A stretch of 61,974 bases of DNA, filler included, from Sphacelaria rigidula (GCA_964200075.2; 8 parts of 8 records of this genome joined end to end with filler, not necessarily neighbours in it); one strand, 5' to 3'. Counted from the whole stretch's first letter, positions 38,868 through 51,725 are shown. The notes: generated by a model from the sequence alone, not told the origin. Numbers and translations are program-made.

Positions 38868-39610
38868 GTGAAAACTTTACGTCGTTTCAAGGAGTTGTTA
38901 GACCCTGAATTTTTGCACAGGTGTTCTATGGGTCATTACGCAACTTTCCAAAGTCGCTTTTTTTTTTCACTCCTTTACTTTTTTCACCTTTTGTCCGGGA
39001 TCCCAGTTTTTTCGTGGAAACTTCGATCCAGTCGAACCCCCGTAAACGGTGAAAAAAAAAAACTCGTCCATCCAAAGTTGCGTAATGACCCATCGCGCAG
39101 TTGTGCAAAAAACCGGGTCAACCTCCCTAAAACTGCGTGAACGTTTTCGCGTTTGTGCGATGAAGCTTGCCGTGCCACGGTGAAGCGGCAAACTACTAGA
39201 TTTCAGTATGAAAATGGCGTTTTTGAGCCTTCCTCGGCGTGAACATGAAAATTCAAGCACCAGTTAATCGAGTTTGACCACGAAACTTTGTGGGGTTCTC
39301 CCTTGGGTTTTGCGGCGACAGAGCGTTCGCGAAAAAAATAAAGAGAAGACCGTAGTGCCGGTTTTCCGGGGTCCCAGAATGAACAACTTCGAAAAAACGA
39401 CTTGGATCCCGTCGGACCCCCGAAAAACGGTGAAAAATTCAAGAATTAGAAAAACCTCGTTGATCGAAACTTGCGTAATGATTCATAGCACATTTGTGCA
39501 AAGTTTCAGGGTCCAACTCTCAATAAATGCGTGAAGATTTGCGCGTTTGTGCGAGGATGTGAGCTTAAAACGTGCAAACTCCTAGCTACTTGATTTGAGT
39601 GTAAAACATC
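38868..39610. repeat. Foldback-type repeat family (GGGTCATTACGCAACTT / AAGTTGCGTAATGACCC arms) with a further tandem arm
   Basis: Inverted arms 38868-38950 / 39070-39150; related copy at about 56235-56520. Confidence 0.7.
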
Positions 39611-40426
39611 TGTTGGGGTGAATTTTACGCTAAGGCAGGAAATATCGAAATATTGTATGAGATGTTCGAATTTTTCCACCAAAATTTGTCCATGTGTTCC
39701 TTGGACCATCCCGCGACGCCTCATGTTATTATTCTTTTTTTTGAGTCCTTCTGTACCGCCCTCCGGGGGTCTTTGTACGGGGACCGCCGGAAGTCGGTAG
39801 AGAACGGAGAAGCTTTGAACCCTTGCCAAGAACACAGTTCTTTTCCATTTGGAGCATCAATACTTACGGAACTGCCAAGTTTGAGGATGATCTGAGCTTT
39901 TCTACAACAGATATATGGGAAATCGTCACGAGGCTCCCCGAATCTTTCCTTCGTATCATGAGTGGAAATTAGACGACGCCAAACTCCACATTACCGAAAC
40001 ATTACGGTTTCGGGTATAATTCGACCCCGTTGGAGCCGTTTATAAATCCGTTTCTCTCGTTAGATGTTTGAGGTGATGACGGTCACTACGATTTGAAGCA
40101 TGTGGAGATTCGGTGGAAATTGGGCTTGGAATTCCTATTTTCAATTTCGACACAGTTTGAAAGGCGCTGATTGGTCGAAACACATTTCTGTCTATAGCGC
40201 CACCGCTGTAGCCTTAAACAAAAATCCGGCTTTGTCACCCTCTTCGTCTTTTCATTGCGGTTAGTATGATACCATGTATGCGACTATCGGGTGTGTATTG
40301 CGGACGGCATTTGCTGATGACAGTTTTTTTTTTTTTTCGTGAACCGGCCTGGATAGCCGTCGTTTTTTCGCTACTGCCTAATGCATCAAACGATTTCATG
40401 TCACCTTCATTTCCCCCTGTAGCTCG

Positions 40427-40732
40427 GGGGGGGGGGGGGGGACTCATGATCATGCATGCCATAGTCATAGGACCATTGACCTCGCATCCCTACAATGCCG
40501 GGACGGAGCACGCCGGGGTTTCGCCGGACCAGGCTTGCACTCAAAGCACCAAGCGCGAAGCGCCGTGGTGTGTACGGGGAGTCGCATGAAGGGTGAGCTG
40601 TATCCCGTTAAGATTTTTCGGCCCGAAGCCTACTGATTATCTTGCGTTTGGATGACAGCCTCCAACACGCTGCTTCATTTTCTGGTATAGCCACTCCCAG
40701 GGACAGCCACAGCTTTTACACTGCCTCATGGG
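40427..40732. repeat. Full-length long unit of the poly(G)-anchored repeat
   Basis: Long G run, then ACTCATGATCATGCATGCC...CTGCCTCATGGG; matches 15051-15350 and, reversed, 47808-48016 and 38630-38697. Confidence 0.85.
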
Positions 40733-41097
40733 TCTAACCAGTAGCTCGCAAGTAGCCCGGGGGAGGGGGGAATCGCGACATCACCCATCAACAGCTGCAT
40801 ATTCTCCGCGCTGCATATTTCCGTACTTGCGTGCGCTCTTGTACTCCCTGTATGTACTGTGTGCTGGCTGTATTGCTACATAGGGGCATTGTCTGTTGAG
40901 CTAGCTGCTGCAGCGTGCTTGATGGGAGGGACCTGGGACAAACCCCGTTTCCGATATCTTCGACGACAGTCTGCTTTCTCTCTCTGATATCGGCGAAAAA
41001 AACTCCTCTCTGCCAATAATACCCTGATCGCGGAGAACCTTTCTTCCTAAATTTGAGAATTGTTTTCCAGATTGGCCACGACGAGCAGACCCTTTAA

Positions 41098-41195
41098 CCC
41101 CTAGACCGCGAGGTTAGTCTTTTAGGACCATGCATACTTTTTTTCACTTGAAATTGATGCCGATTCAGCAGGTGACTACCCTCGCGGTCGAAGGG
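41098..41195. mobile_element. 98-bp piggyBac-like MITE; further copies at 41250-41347 and 41964-42062 (inverted)
   Basis: TTAA|CCCCTAGACCGCGAGG ... CCTCGCGGTCGAAGGG|TTCA; shared core AAATTGATGCCGATTCAGC. Confidence 0.8.
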
Positions 41196-42838
41196 TTCAC
41201 AAACGTTTTGACCATGGTTCTTAATCGAATCGATACCATTTTGACTCAACCCTTGGACGGCGAGAGTGAGTCATCGGCTGAATCGGCATCAATTTCACTC
41301 GAAAAAAGTATGCGTAATCCAGATGGACTGCCCTCGTGGTCTGGGGGTTTAAAAACGCGTCGAATATCCAGATGTCCCATCCTGGCGCTCAATGAGTCAA
41401 CTCTCAACTCTGGATGGCCGACCAATTCCACTTAGAGTTTACCAACTGTTTTCCCCAACTAAGCTCCGATGTATGATGCCCGGAGGCGTTTGTCGTACAG
41501 AACGATTATACTCCGATCGTTCTTCACCACGAACTTCAACGTGCTCCAACCACTTCGCGGGTCGCTCACAGCACGCGCAAATAATGACACGCAGACGCTA
41601 GGTCTCGCACACAAATATTAGCAGCAGCTCAGATGACAACAGCTACGGCAGCCACGTGAACACGTTAGACAGTAAACACACTCAAACTTCGCGCCGAATC
41701 GCAGTGAGAGGTGCTGCAGAAGGCGATTCTCCTACTCACAACAGTTTCACCAATTCGCAGTCACCCTCTCGCGCTGGCTTCCGGGCGTCGCCAGGCCCTG
41801 TTGATGACACGTGATGATCCGCGCCGAGCGCTACGGTAATTTTCTTCTCTACTTTCTTGGAATTCAATATGCTGACTTCTCCATGCCCTTTTTCGCACTG
41901 ACTACGTGCTCGAAGTGCCGTTCCCTCATCCCCAGAGCGCGAAGCCCCCTAAGACGGATTCAACCCTTTGACCACGAGGGTAGGTCGCGTACTGAATAGG
42001 CATCAATTTCACGTGAAAAAAATGTGTGATCCCGATGGATTACCCGCATCGCGGTGTAAGGGTCAAGGGCCTACCCGCCCACGATAGACGAAGAATGACT
42101 ATAATACTTTGGGGTCGAACAATTCCATGATCCAGGGGTTGAGGGACCATGTAGTACACGCACGGTATGCTATCATTGCGGCTAGTGCTCGCGAGTCGAG
42201 AGGAGCTCCTCGGCGTCAGCTTCGGCATCACCGGGGTTGAAAGCCAGCTAACGATACTGTGCCGTTCCAATAGAAGGTCTGGCGTCCGAGGGGTTCACAA
42301 TTATTACCCCCCAGGACGGGTCCACTGGACCTCAGTTTAATTCTGTTGACATAATCCCCATTCAACATATTGATCACCTTGGCGGCCGAAGGGCGGGACG
42401 TTTGGAAGTTCACAATGATTCCACGATCATCGAGATGTTACCCTGTGTGTTTTCATTCCATTTATTCTGAACGCCAGTCTACACCTTTCGGTATATGTGG
42501 GCGCATCAGCCGGGGTCACACAGGAGAAGGGCCAACATCGATTTTTTTTCTTCTGGACAATATTTTTCTTATCAAAAAGTGTACTGCGTACAGTATAAAT
42601 GCAGTCAAGTGGCTTCTTTCTTCATGTATCTGGTGGAGCGGGCCCGTTCACCAGCCGAGGGGGACCGTCAGCACGACTCTGCCGCATGCGCCATATCATG
42701 CTGGAGGATCGAGGAGCGGCATCACCGGTCGCTGGTGGAAGTGCCGTCAGCTATCCAGTTTAAACTGAAACTGTCACTGAACGGTATGTAAGTGCTAGCG
42801 TGTGGATCCAGTTGACCCTGGCCACCAGGGGTGCTCAC

Positions 42839-42959
42839 CTGTGTGATCGGCATCACATGCACTTGAAAAATGACAGTATAGCCAAGATAACCCACTTTAT
42901 GACGGGGCGATGCTGGTTCCACAAGTCTCGATACTTGTTCCCGCCAGGTTAGAAGGAGG
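42839..42959 (-). CDS. Candidate second exon of an unknown gene (LLLTWREQVSRLVEPASPRHKVGYLGYTVIFQVHVMPITQ)
   Basis: TTTTGTTACAG acceptor, CAG|GTGAGC donor; phase matches exon 44256-44593. Confidence 0.45.
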
Positions 42960-43894
42960 CTGTAACAAAAAGTTATGACTCTCACTAGGAAAAACGCTCA
43001 GATTTCTCGCAGACTTGACTCTGCCAGATGAAACAAGAGGCCTGATCTGGTTACGCCCAAACGAGCAAAGATTAGCACCCCCCCTGCCCCCCCAAGGGAC
43101 AGCGGGTCTAGTAAGACGCAATTTCCCGGGGATAAATCGCCCGCACAGAGGCGGGATACCACAGATGAGTTGGTGTGAACATGATGTAATACAAGGTATG
43201 TCGATCATGAACATTTGTTCTAAGGTAGCAACGGTGAACAATAATTTCGGCTGTAGAGCGTTCCAGTAACATGACCTACAAGACTTGCGAACGTTACACC
43301 ATAGGCTGGCAAATGTAGGCTCCACCCGTCTTGCAACACACATGGTTCGTCTTGGAACAAACGGTGGGTCGGCGGGTCTTATTTTGAACTATATCTACAG
43401 GGTAGGGTGTGTGCGCGTTGTTATCGTTTGTCTGATTGATCGCACACAGTCCAATCCATCTTGGGCTTGTTATCTAGGTATCGACGTACAGTAGTCGCAG
43501 TTTATGTGAACAGATTTATCGAAAACCGAAGGAAAAGAAGTGTATGCTGTCAATGTACGCGGTTCCAGCTGTTGGGCTCATCCACGGTACCCGTGGATGC
43601 GAAATCGCCCCGTCTAGGGTCCTATGGCACTGAACAGAAATTACCGCGGATTTTACTCCTGGTACTGGCCCGAAAATTTTTCTTCACCTCTACCACGAAA
43701 AGCGGAGAATACCGCAACGACGCAACGCGACAATGATTGCGATCTACGCTCACTGGTCCACTTCTGGAGCAGTACGGTTGCCGGGGGAGTACGGATCTGC
43801 ACTGATGGTCGTGCGGAATTATGCCGTGCCGTGCCGTGTCGTACCGTACTGGTCACTACACAAGCCCTGCGAACGCGATGACGGGGGACGGGAG

Positions 43895-44140
43895 TAGTGT
43901 GTATGCGTGTGTGCGTTGTCGTCCCATCTATTCTGGGCGCCGGTCTACACCCTTTCGGTATATGTGGGCGCACCAGCCGGGGTCACACAGGAGGGAGGTC
44001 AACACAGGAGTTTTTTCTTTTTGTTTGTTGTAGTTCTCCACCTTCCTTCTGCGGTGCTTGCCTCTATTTTTTATCGCGAGAGGGGTGCAGCAATCCCTTT
44101 CCCTCGTCGACCTTCGCGTCGAATTTGTGTACCCAGGACA
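43895..44140 (-). mobile_element. SINE body (5'-truncated copy of 1523-1940)
   Basis: Reverse complement matches about 1670-1900, including a CA-rich tail. Confidence 0.8.
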
Positions 44141-44255
44141 TACTATAATAATAGTAGTACAGACTGTATATAGTGTACATTGCAGGACGACAAGACAACA
44201 ATGTTCTCAAAACGCCCTGTAAATTACTGTAACTGTACACAGGACCTCAACGCAC

Positions 44256-44593
44256 CTTGTGCTGCGAATACGATCGCAATAACTGTCGTCCACAGACCCC
44301 ATTCTCATCATGCTCCTTCCTGACGTAGCTGGCGACTTTCCAAACAAGTGTGGCGGGGAAGGTGGTGGGCTACTCAACGCCACATTCCCTACTGGATCTG
44401 CCGAGGTTAATGAATGCGGTGTTTGTTGTGTAAGACAAGAGGACGACTGGGTAGCGGCGAGGGCCTTTAGACTCGCTGCGCTCGAGTCGTGAAGATCTAA
44501 GCTTAGCGGTAAGCCATCACTCATGGGCGGCAGTGAGTGATGCTCTGGTTCCATTTGCTCCCCAGCAGCTGATACTTTTGCGGTAGCTGTCAT
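44256..44593 (-). CDS. Candidate first coding exon of an unknown Ser/Pro-rich protein
   Basis: ATG-initiated open frame of 112 codons ending at an AAG|GTGCGT donor; no recognisable domain. Confidence 0.5.
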
Positions 44594-46743
44594 ACCCGTT
44601 TCTTGGATGCCTCCGTGTTGTGCCCGATTATACTATCACGTTCGTTACCACCCTCAAAATAGAAAATGACATTGCTTGTTGTGGATATAACCCTTCAAGT
44701 GAAGGGTTTATCATTTCAGACCCGCGGTTAAAAATGAGCAGATTTCAAAGCAAATACAATGATTGAGTCATGGTTTTTTTTAATCAAACGTAGAAAAGGC
44801 ATGTAAACGCCTGTAAAAGTAATTCAAAAATGAAATAATATAACTATTTTAAGATTTCGCTTTCTTTGAGGTGACATAATCGAACGGCAAAGCTAACTGA
44901 TCATAGATAACAAATGACTTGAGATTATGCGTAGCATTGTATGGTCGCGACGAGAATAAGAGGAGGGAAAAAGTGGCCGAGGATATACAACGACAGCGAC
45001 AACAGAGAGCACACAACAGAAGCACCTTCATCATGTCTGATAACGGAGACGCTACCAATGGCAGGGACCGTGATGTGAGTTCAGTTGATTGGATTTTGCG
45101 TTATTTTGTTATGCTTTCTTGGCCACGTACTTGGTTCGTGAGTAGATTATATCCTGTCCTGTGATCTCCTTTCCATTGGAGGCGAAGGACGCGTAGCAGC
45201 TAGCGCACATGGCGAAATGGTGACGTTTTATCACGATTTCAGTACACATGTGTCTCATGTATAGCTCGAATTTCAGGTTTGTCCCCAGCGCGCAGCACGC
45301 TGTTGCCATGAGATGAACATCGGGGCCTTGCATTTCAAAAACCCCATACAGAAAACATGGCATGGAGCGAACAGCTAACAGGGCACCACTCTTTTTTATT
45401 TTTTATCTAGTCTTGGGTTTTGAATGCCAAGGACCCCGGCGATGGTTCATCTGACGACCTGTTGCGCGGCCTTTTTTGTCTTGTTTTGACTGCGCGAGTG
45501 CGACAGAGTCGCACAGCACGAGAGACATCAAAACACTTGGTTGACATTATAACAGGAGGATGACAAAGCCGTAGTTGGATTCGGGTATGTCGTTTTGAGA
45601 ACTTGGAGGGGTGGTTGTGTCGACTGTCTGCGCCATCTTCACTTGTCCGTCTTTGATCTACTCCCGGTGCTCGACCCTCCTGACGGCAGTTTGCAAAGCC
45701 CTACATAGCAGAGCGTACGGTGCAGTACAACATTGATGTGGGCACTGCTTGATGTGTTGTAGCAACTCTGAGGAGGAACTCCGATCTTGTATCGCAATGA
45801 AGAAACGACACCGTTCAGCTTGAAAAGCTTGTATGTGCAGAAAAAAAGTTATTTGAAGAGTGACCGTGTTGCCGGTTCAGCGCTGATTTCTGTCCGAACA
45901 GTACAGGGTTACGATGTGGAGGCGTTTTTTTGGGAGATCATTATAGGTGTCCAAACTCCGCGCACGTGGCGCCTAATGATGCCGCAACGTCACGTGCGTG
46001 TAGGTTGAGGCCGCAAGTAGGCGTTTACGCAACAATACCGGCGACCCGAGTCGTTTCGGGCGTTGCGTGCCGTGGAACGATCAAAACGCACGACGGTGAA
46101 TCTCCTTTGATTTTTTTTCACCGTTTAAGTCAACCTTAGGGTGTACAGTACAAGATCTGCGCGGAGGCAACGGCAGATCTTGGCAAAATCGTCGCTGAAC
46201 TCGACCCGCGTATCGGTCGACGCTGGCAGCACCACAGATAACAAGCACCGTCCAGGCGTCTTCATATCTTTGAGGTTGCTAACCTTGAGCCTTGGACGAC
46301 GAGCGTCGCCTCGGAAAAGTTATACAGGCCGACAGTCCCGAGACATCCGGGGGTTTCCTAGGCTCGGGGGGGGGGGGGGGGGGGGGGGCCCCCCGGGGGG
46401 CGTGGGAGAGCCCACGGGGCCGGGCCGGGGGGTTGTGGGTTTTCGGGGGGAAAAATNNNNNNNNNNNNNNNNNNNNNNNNNNNNNNNNNNNNNNNNNNNN
46501 TTAATTAATTAANNNNNNNNNNNNNNNNNNNNNNNNNNNNNNNNNNNNNNNNNNNNGCCGTTCGAGCCTCGTGCACGGCTCATAACTTACCGCGAGAAAC
46601 TTCCAAACACACATGGTTGACTCCGCGAGCTTCTCCGGTGGTCTGCGTACAGACCCCCCCCCCGAGCTCTGGAAACCCCGGATGTCTCGGAATTGTCAGC
46701 CTGTACAACTGTACCGAGGCGACGCTCGTCGTCTAAGGGTTAA

Positions 46744-46841
46744 CCCTTAGACCACGAGGGTAGTCCATCTGGATTATGGATACCTTTTGGGAGTAAAATT
46801 GATGCCGATTCAGCAGATGACCTACTCTCGCTGTCTAAGGA
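46744..46841. mobile_element. 98-bp piggyBac-like MITE with TTAA on both sides
   Basis: TTAA|CCCTTAGACCACGAG ... CTCGCTGTCTAAGGA|TTAA; left TTAA shared with a related element ending CTCGTCGTCTAAGGG at 46739. Confidence 0.85.
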
Positions 46842-47184
46842 TTAATACTTATCATGCCACACCAAGGCCCGATCTTCCTTCTTCTACTCATCACATGTAG
46901 CTCAGCTTCATGACCGATACATACGTCAAATCTCTGACCCAACCTCTTGGTAGGAGTCATGACCATTACCATCTCCCGATTTTAATTAACTTTCCTCCAC
47001 GCCTTTCGTGGAGGACGCGGCCGCCGATAGGCGACCCCGTCCGATCCTTGTACATCGTATATTCTTGGTTGATGAATTGATTAATTCATTGGTTTCTTGG
47101 TTTCTTGGTTGGTTGGTTGGGCATGGATGGTATGTTTGAATTTTATTTATTGGACAAGAGGAAAAACAATGTATCGACTATTTT

Positions 47185-49775
47185 TAGAGGTTAATTTGAT
47201 ACTCGATTTTGTTTTTGTCCAAATCGGCTTGATTCAATCATGATTGATTGATTTGATCAACTAAGCAACAACAAGTCAATCAAATCAACTAACTTGATTG
47301 CTTAATTTTTTTCGGTAGAATTTGAGCAGCACACAAGCCAAAAATCGTCTGAATTTTGTCGTGTAACAATGTAAAGCACACGAGCACGCATACGCAAGTC
47401 CACAGCAGCAGCACAGCAGTCTTGTGTTCGATATTTTAGCTCAACCTGCTGCATCCGTACTCAAGCACTCCGTCTTCCTGCACTACCGCTGTATCTTACT
47501 TCGAAGCACTCTCAAATATGAAACGTGTACGCCTCAAACTTGTCTGGAAAAAAACCCCAGAGTAGTACCCAGATTGCACTCGCGTGTAGATCAAGCTCCT
47601 GGTTGAATATTACCGCATTACTCCGTATATATGATGTCGCGCTGTGGGTGTGACTGACGAGAAAAAACATTGGTGCGATGCGAGGATCACTACAAAACAC
47701 GCCATGCTATTCATGGTGTACTATGTTGTGATGCAAACAGCCTTTAATCATACGACATGCATGCGAATTTTCATTTTCCTCTCCGCTTCCTGAAATGATG
47801 AGACAAAATGATCAGTAGGCTTCGGGCCGAACAATCTTAGCAGGATGCAGCTCACCCTTCATGCGACTCGACACACCACGGCGCTTCGCGCTTGATGGTT
47901 TGAGTGCGAGCCTGGTCCGGCGGAAACCCGGCGTGTTCCGTCCCGGCTTTGTAGGGATGCGAGGTCAATGGCCTTATGACTATTTTATGGCATGCATAAT
48001 CCTGAGTGCACCCCCGCTTCCTGAAAGCAGTGCTTCAAGACACCCTCCCCCACTAGAGTATACCACAGGTAAATATGTGACACAGGAGTAGTCCATTTTC
48101 GAAACAGACCCGCCAGTAGTTTCTGCGAGGCAGGATAGAAGTCATATCTACCAGAGGTCACGTTTCATGCTTGCGTGTAGGAACATGATATCTGTTACCG
48201 GATCCCCACTAAGGCGGTTTCAGGTCTTCGCTACCACCAGACCGCGTACGGAGAATACGCGTTCCCATGCAGCAGATGAAGCTTGTACTGCAAGGTACTT
48301 GCAGGCTAGGATGGCGACGTGGGGATACACCCGCTGTACCTTTGCCCACCACCCAAGAGCATCGCCCTCCTTGGCCACGTCTTCCTCGGACACAATCTCA
48401 TCCTTGTGAAGGCCCCACTCCGTGAGTATTTGGTCCTTCTTCGACACAGCCAATCTCGTGTTCTCCCTCGGTGGGAAAGGCGAAATCCCGTCCTGGATAT
48501 CCTTGTCTCGTTGGGCGTGCTTCCTGGCGTCATGAAACTCGCGATTGAAAACTCGTCGATGTTGTTTTTTCCTTTTTTCGCGCCGGGAACAGCTTGTGCT
48601 GCGGCCTCTTGTTGTACCAGCTGCTGATATTTTTCGGCTGGCTTCCTCCGCCCTGATGAGTTGTTCAAGCTGCTTCTCTACTTCGTTGAACAAACACCTG
48701 GTGCGGGAGACAGAAGATGGGGAGAATCCAATGAGCAACCACAGCTCCGGCTCCTCGACGACAGACATTGGCTTGTGTCCGCCGATGATGAAAGCGAGGA
48801 CGAGTCGGGTGTGCCTCGCGTGTTCACCAGCGAAGAAGTACTTCTTCATTTCACCTTTATCGTTGGGAGCTCTCCCCGCTTTCTGAAGCGCATTTCGCCT
48901 CATCATCTTGCCCACGGGGGGTGCTTCTTGTGCTTGTTGTCTATATGCTGCCTTGAGTTGGTGGTAGCCTTTGCGCGGATAATCGCCCTACAGCCAGGAA
49001 CCTTGCATGAAGCCTTCTCCTTGTGGGCGTCGTCCGCGCCTGGCGAAGAAAACTGCCAGATTGAGGCAACATTTTGCACAGGCGAATTCCACCTGGTATG
49101 ACGGAAGTCTTGACTAGCGATGGCCCGGGACTTGCCTGCAAACGGTTCATTTCACGTCTCCGTTGAGAATGTTCCTCGCTCACTGGATGCTCGCCGCCAT
49201 CATCATCGCTGTCGCTGCCGCCCTTCTCTTTGTTGTCGGGGTGTCGTGGTCGTAGTCGTCGTCGTCGTTGGAGCATTCCAGCGACACGGCAGCGTCGGCT
49301 GTATGACCTTCACCTCTGGTGTTGCCCTAGCGGCGGAGAGAGCTCTCCGGGGTGTCCTTACTGCCTACAGCACGTGCCTTGCCCTTGCCCGTGCCCCTCG
49401 TTGTGTCACGTTCCGTGTGACCCTCAGTATGCTGCTAGAGTGCGGTGCTACGTGGCGTGTGGTACGCTGTGTGCTGTGTGCTGCTGTGTGTTAGTCGTTG
49501 CCAGCGTCTTGTCGGGAGTAGAGTCGATGACGAAACATATACCCGTCGATCAATAATGGTTGCGCCGCAGACGAGAAAAAAAACGTTACACGACGCTAAC
49601 GCCTCTTTTCTTTTCTTGAGAGAAATCAAGCTATTTTGACTTGATTGATTTAAGTTGATTCTTTTATATGAGTTAACTAATCAGCGACGCGTTGATGTGA
49701 TTGTTGATATAAATCGAATCAACTTTCGAATCAAAATAAACCGTGATTTAATAAATTTGTTGATATACAACCCTA
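47185..49775 (-). mobile_element. Internally deleted hAT transposon (ends approximate)
   Basis: Transposase remnants flanked by TTGATT/AATCAA-rich subterminal regions; TAGGGTTG-type end at 49775; no TSD recognised. Confidence 0.65.
48148..49290 (-). pseudogene. hAT transposase pseudogene (BED finger plus C-terminal dimerisation domain)
   Basis: IWQF..CKVPGC..TTNSRQHIDNKH (BED); LGWWAKVQRVYPHVAILACKYLAVQASSAAWERVFS..T*NRLS (hAT C-terminus); frameshifts and a stop; DDE core missing. Confidence 0.88.
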
Positions 49776-50866
49776 GTGCTGCGCGCGCGTCTCACGCAAA
49801 TTATCATTTTTGGATGAATTCGAAACAGATTTGAGCAAGGACACGCACATTGTGCACAACTCATGAGCAGCTACGGCTTGGGCGATGTGCTTTTGGTTTG
49901 GGGGGCCACCGAGTTCCTCGGGTTCAGCTGTGATTGTGTTGGGTTGTGTGGTGAGCCTTTGCATGTGCCCCTGTCAACGGGACCTATATATTCCCCTTCG
50001 AGGTGTTCAGAAATCCCCTATGCAAGAGGGGGGTTTCTGTGCACGTTGAGGGGATTTGGGGGGGGGGTGGTATCGCAGCGACCAATCAGCGGTTATTTTT
50101 CGAAATGGAGATTTGAAAACGGGGATTATCCCCTTCGCCGAGAACGGCCCTAATCTCACCAAATATTTAGCTCTTGAAGTAGGATTTTTCACACGTCGGA
50201 CGAGTCATTGGTCGTCCAAACGAGTTCACTCGTGGATGTTTTTTTGAAAACGTAACGAGCAATGACTCGAGTGCTCACCCTATTATTTTTTTCCACAACG
50301 AGCAATGACGCGAGTGCCCGCCTTATTGGTCCTTTTGGGACTGACCCCGGGGTTGACAATGTGTCAGTGAAATTATCAAAAATGAGTCAGGCAGCGACCT
50401 GCCCGATCACGGCGAGGCGAAATTTATCGACCAGACCCGAACGACCAGCGCGGGGAGTGTTGCCGAGTGTGATATCACTGCACAGATCGTGTGGGCGGCT
50501 TATCCCTGGCCCAGAAAAGCTTTCCCAGGTTTCCAAAGCCAGGGTGCTCGGAGCATGGCTTATCGTATTACTTGCATCCAGTAAAGCGTTCCCGGGATTT
50601 CCCAGGAGTTGTTGGGTCGCCAGCCTAAACTAGAATGTGGCAATTACACAAACACAGGGTGAAGTGGGTAAAAACGGGAAGCAGTGTACATGCCATAGTG
50701 TGGTCATTTTGACGACGAGCAATGACTCAAGTACTCGCCCTAACAATTTTTCCCATTACGGGCAATGACTCCAGTGCTCGCCCTATTATTTTTCTCCACA
50801 ACGAGCATCCGAACGAGTGCGAGTGCCACGAGTCAAGGTCGTGCTCGTCCGATGTATGGAATTAAA

Positions 50867-51390
50867 AAAAGTTGGGTGCTGTAAGGTACGGGTTCGTTCT
50901 GTAGCGTATGAACTCACACAACTGTCCGGTACTGGTATAAAGGTGTTACAGAAATTTTAGAACTTGTCGGGTACTGTACGGGAGGCTTTCAGAAAACCGG
51001 TACCGGCGAACTGATAACTCTTTTGAGGCATACCTGCCTTTCGGGTTGGGGTAACGTTTTTGTACAGAACTCACAGAACTCTCGGGTAAGGGTATGGGAG
51101 GCTTACAGAACTCACAAAAACTTTCGGGTAGGGTATGAGAGGCTTACAAAACTCACAGAAACTGTGGGGTAGGGTATGGAGGTTGCACAGAAAACCGTAC
51201 CCGCAATCAGGTATTCTATCAAAGCATAGCTGTGCCCCCCGGTAACGGTACGGGAGTCTTACAGAGATTACAGAACTTTCGGGTACCGGTGTGAGAGTCT
51301 TACAGGAGTCACAAAACTGTTGGGTACGGTAAATACCCGGCAGACTACCCCGGGTATACAGAAAACCGTACCCTACAGAACACAACCTTG
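50867..51390. mobile_element. TIR element filled with TACAGAACT/CGGGTA subrepeats
   Basis: Colinear with 58098-58647; right end ACCGTACCCTACAGAACACAACCTTG. Confidence 0.75.
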
Positions 51391-51725
51391 GAATTTATGC
51401 TCGATTCACACGAAAGGGTATAACTTGGGGAAAATACTGGAGTAGAGGAAAATAATAAAGTCGCCAGAGAAGGTACATACCAAAACACAAAACAAATGGG
51501 GGAGCCAAGGCTATAAAAAAAAAAAGGGGCTTTCCAGCTACTACCCGCATCCCACATCGGAACGATTCCGAGATGCCCTCTGTTGAAGTTCCTCGAATAC
51601 ACGCCGAAAGCAATACGCTGATATGCTTTGGTTCGCTTCTTCACATCGGTACTGCAACGTTTCCCGCTCCACAGCGGAGTTGCACTCGCCACTCACCACC
51701 TCTACCACTACACCCAATACCGCTC

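Noticed and set aside
46290..46739. Apparent inverted repeat spanning the 46457-46556 gap
   Set aside because: The arms are in different contigs; this is a coincidence of a high-copy repeat at contig ends
50255..50830. ~43-bp repeats ACGAGCAATGACTCGAGTGCTC that could look like a CRISPR array
   Set aside because: The intervening sequences are similar to each other, the context is eukaryotic and no cas genes are present; this is a degenerate tandem repeat split by a piggyBac-like insertion
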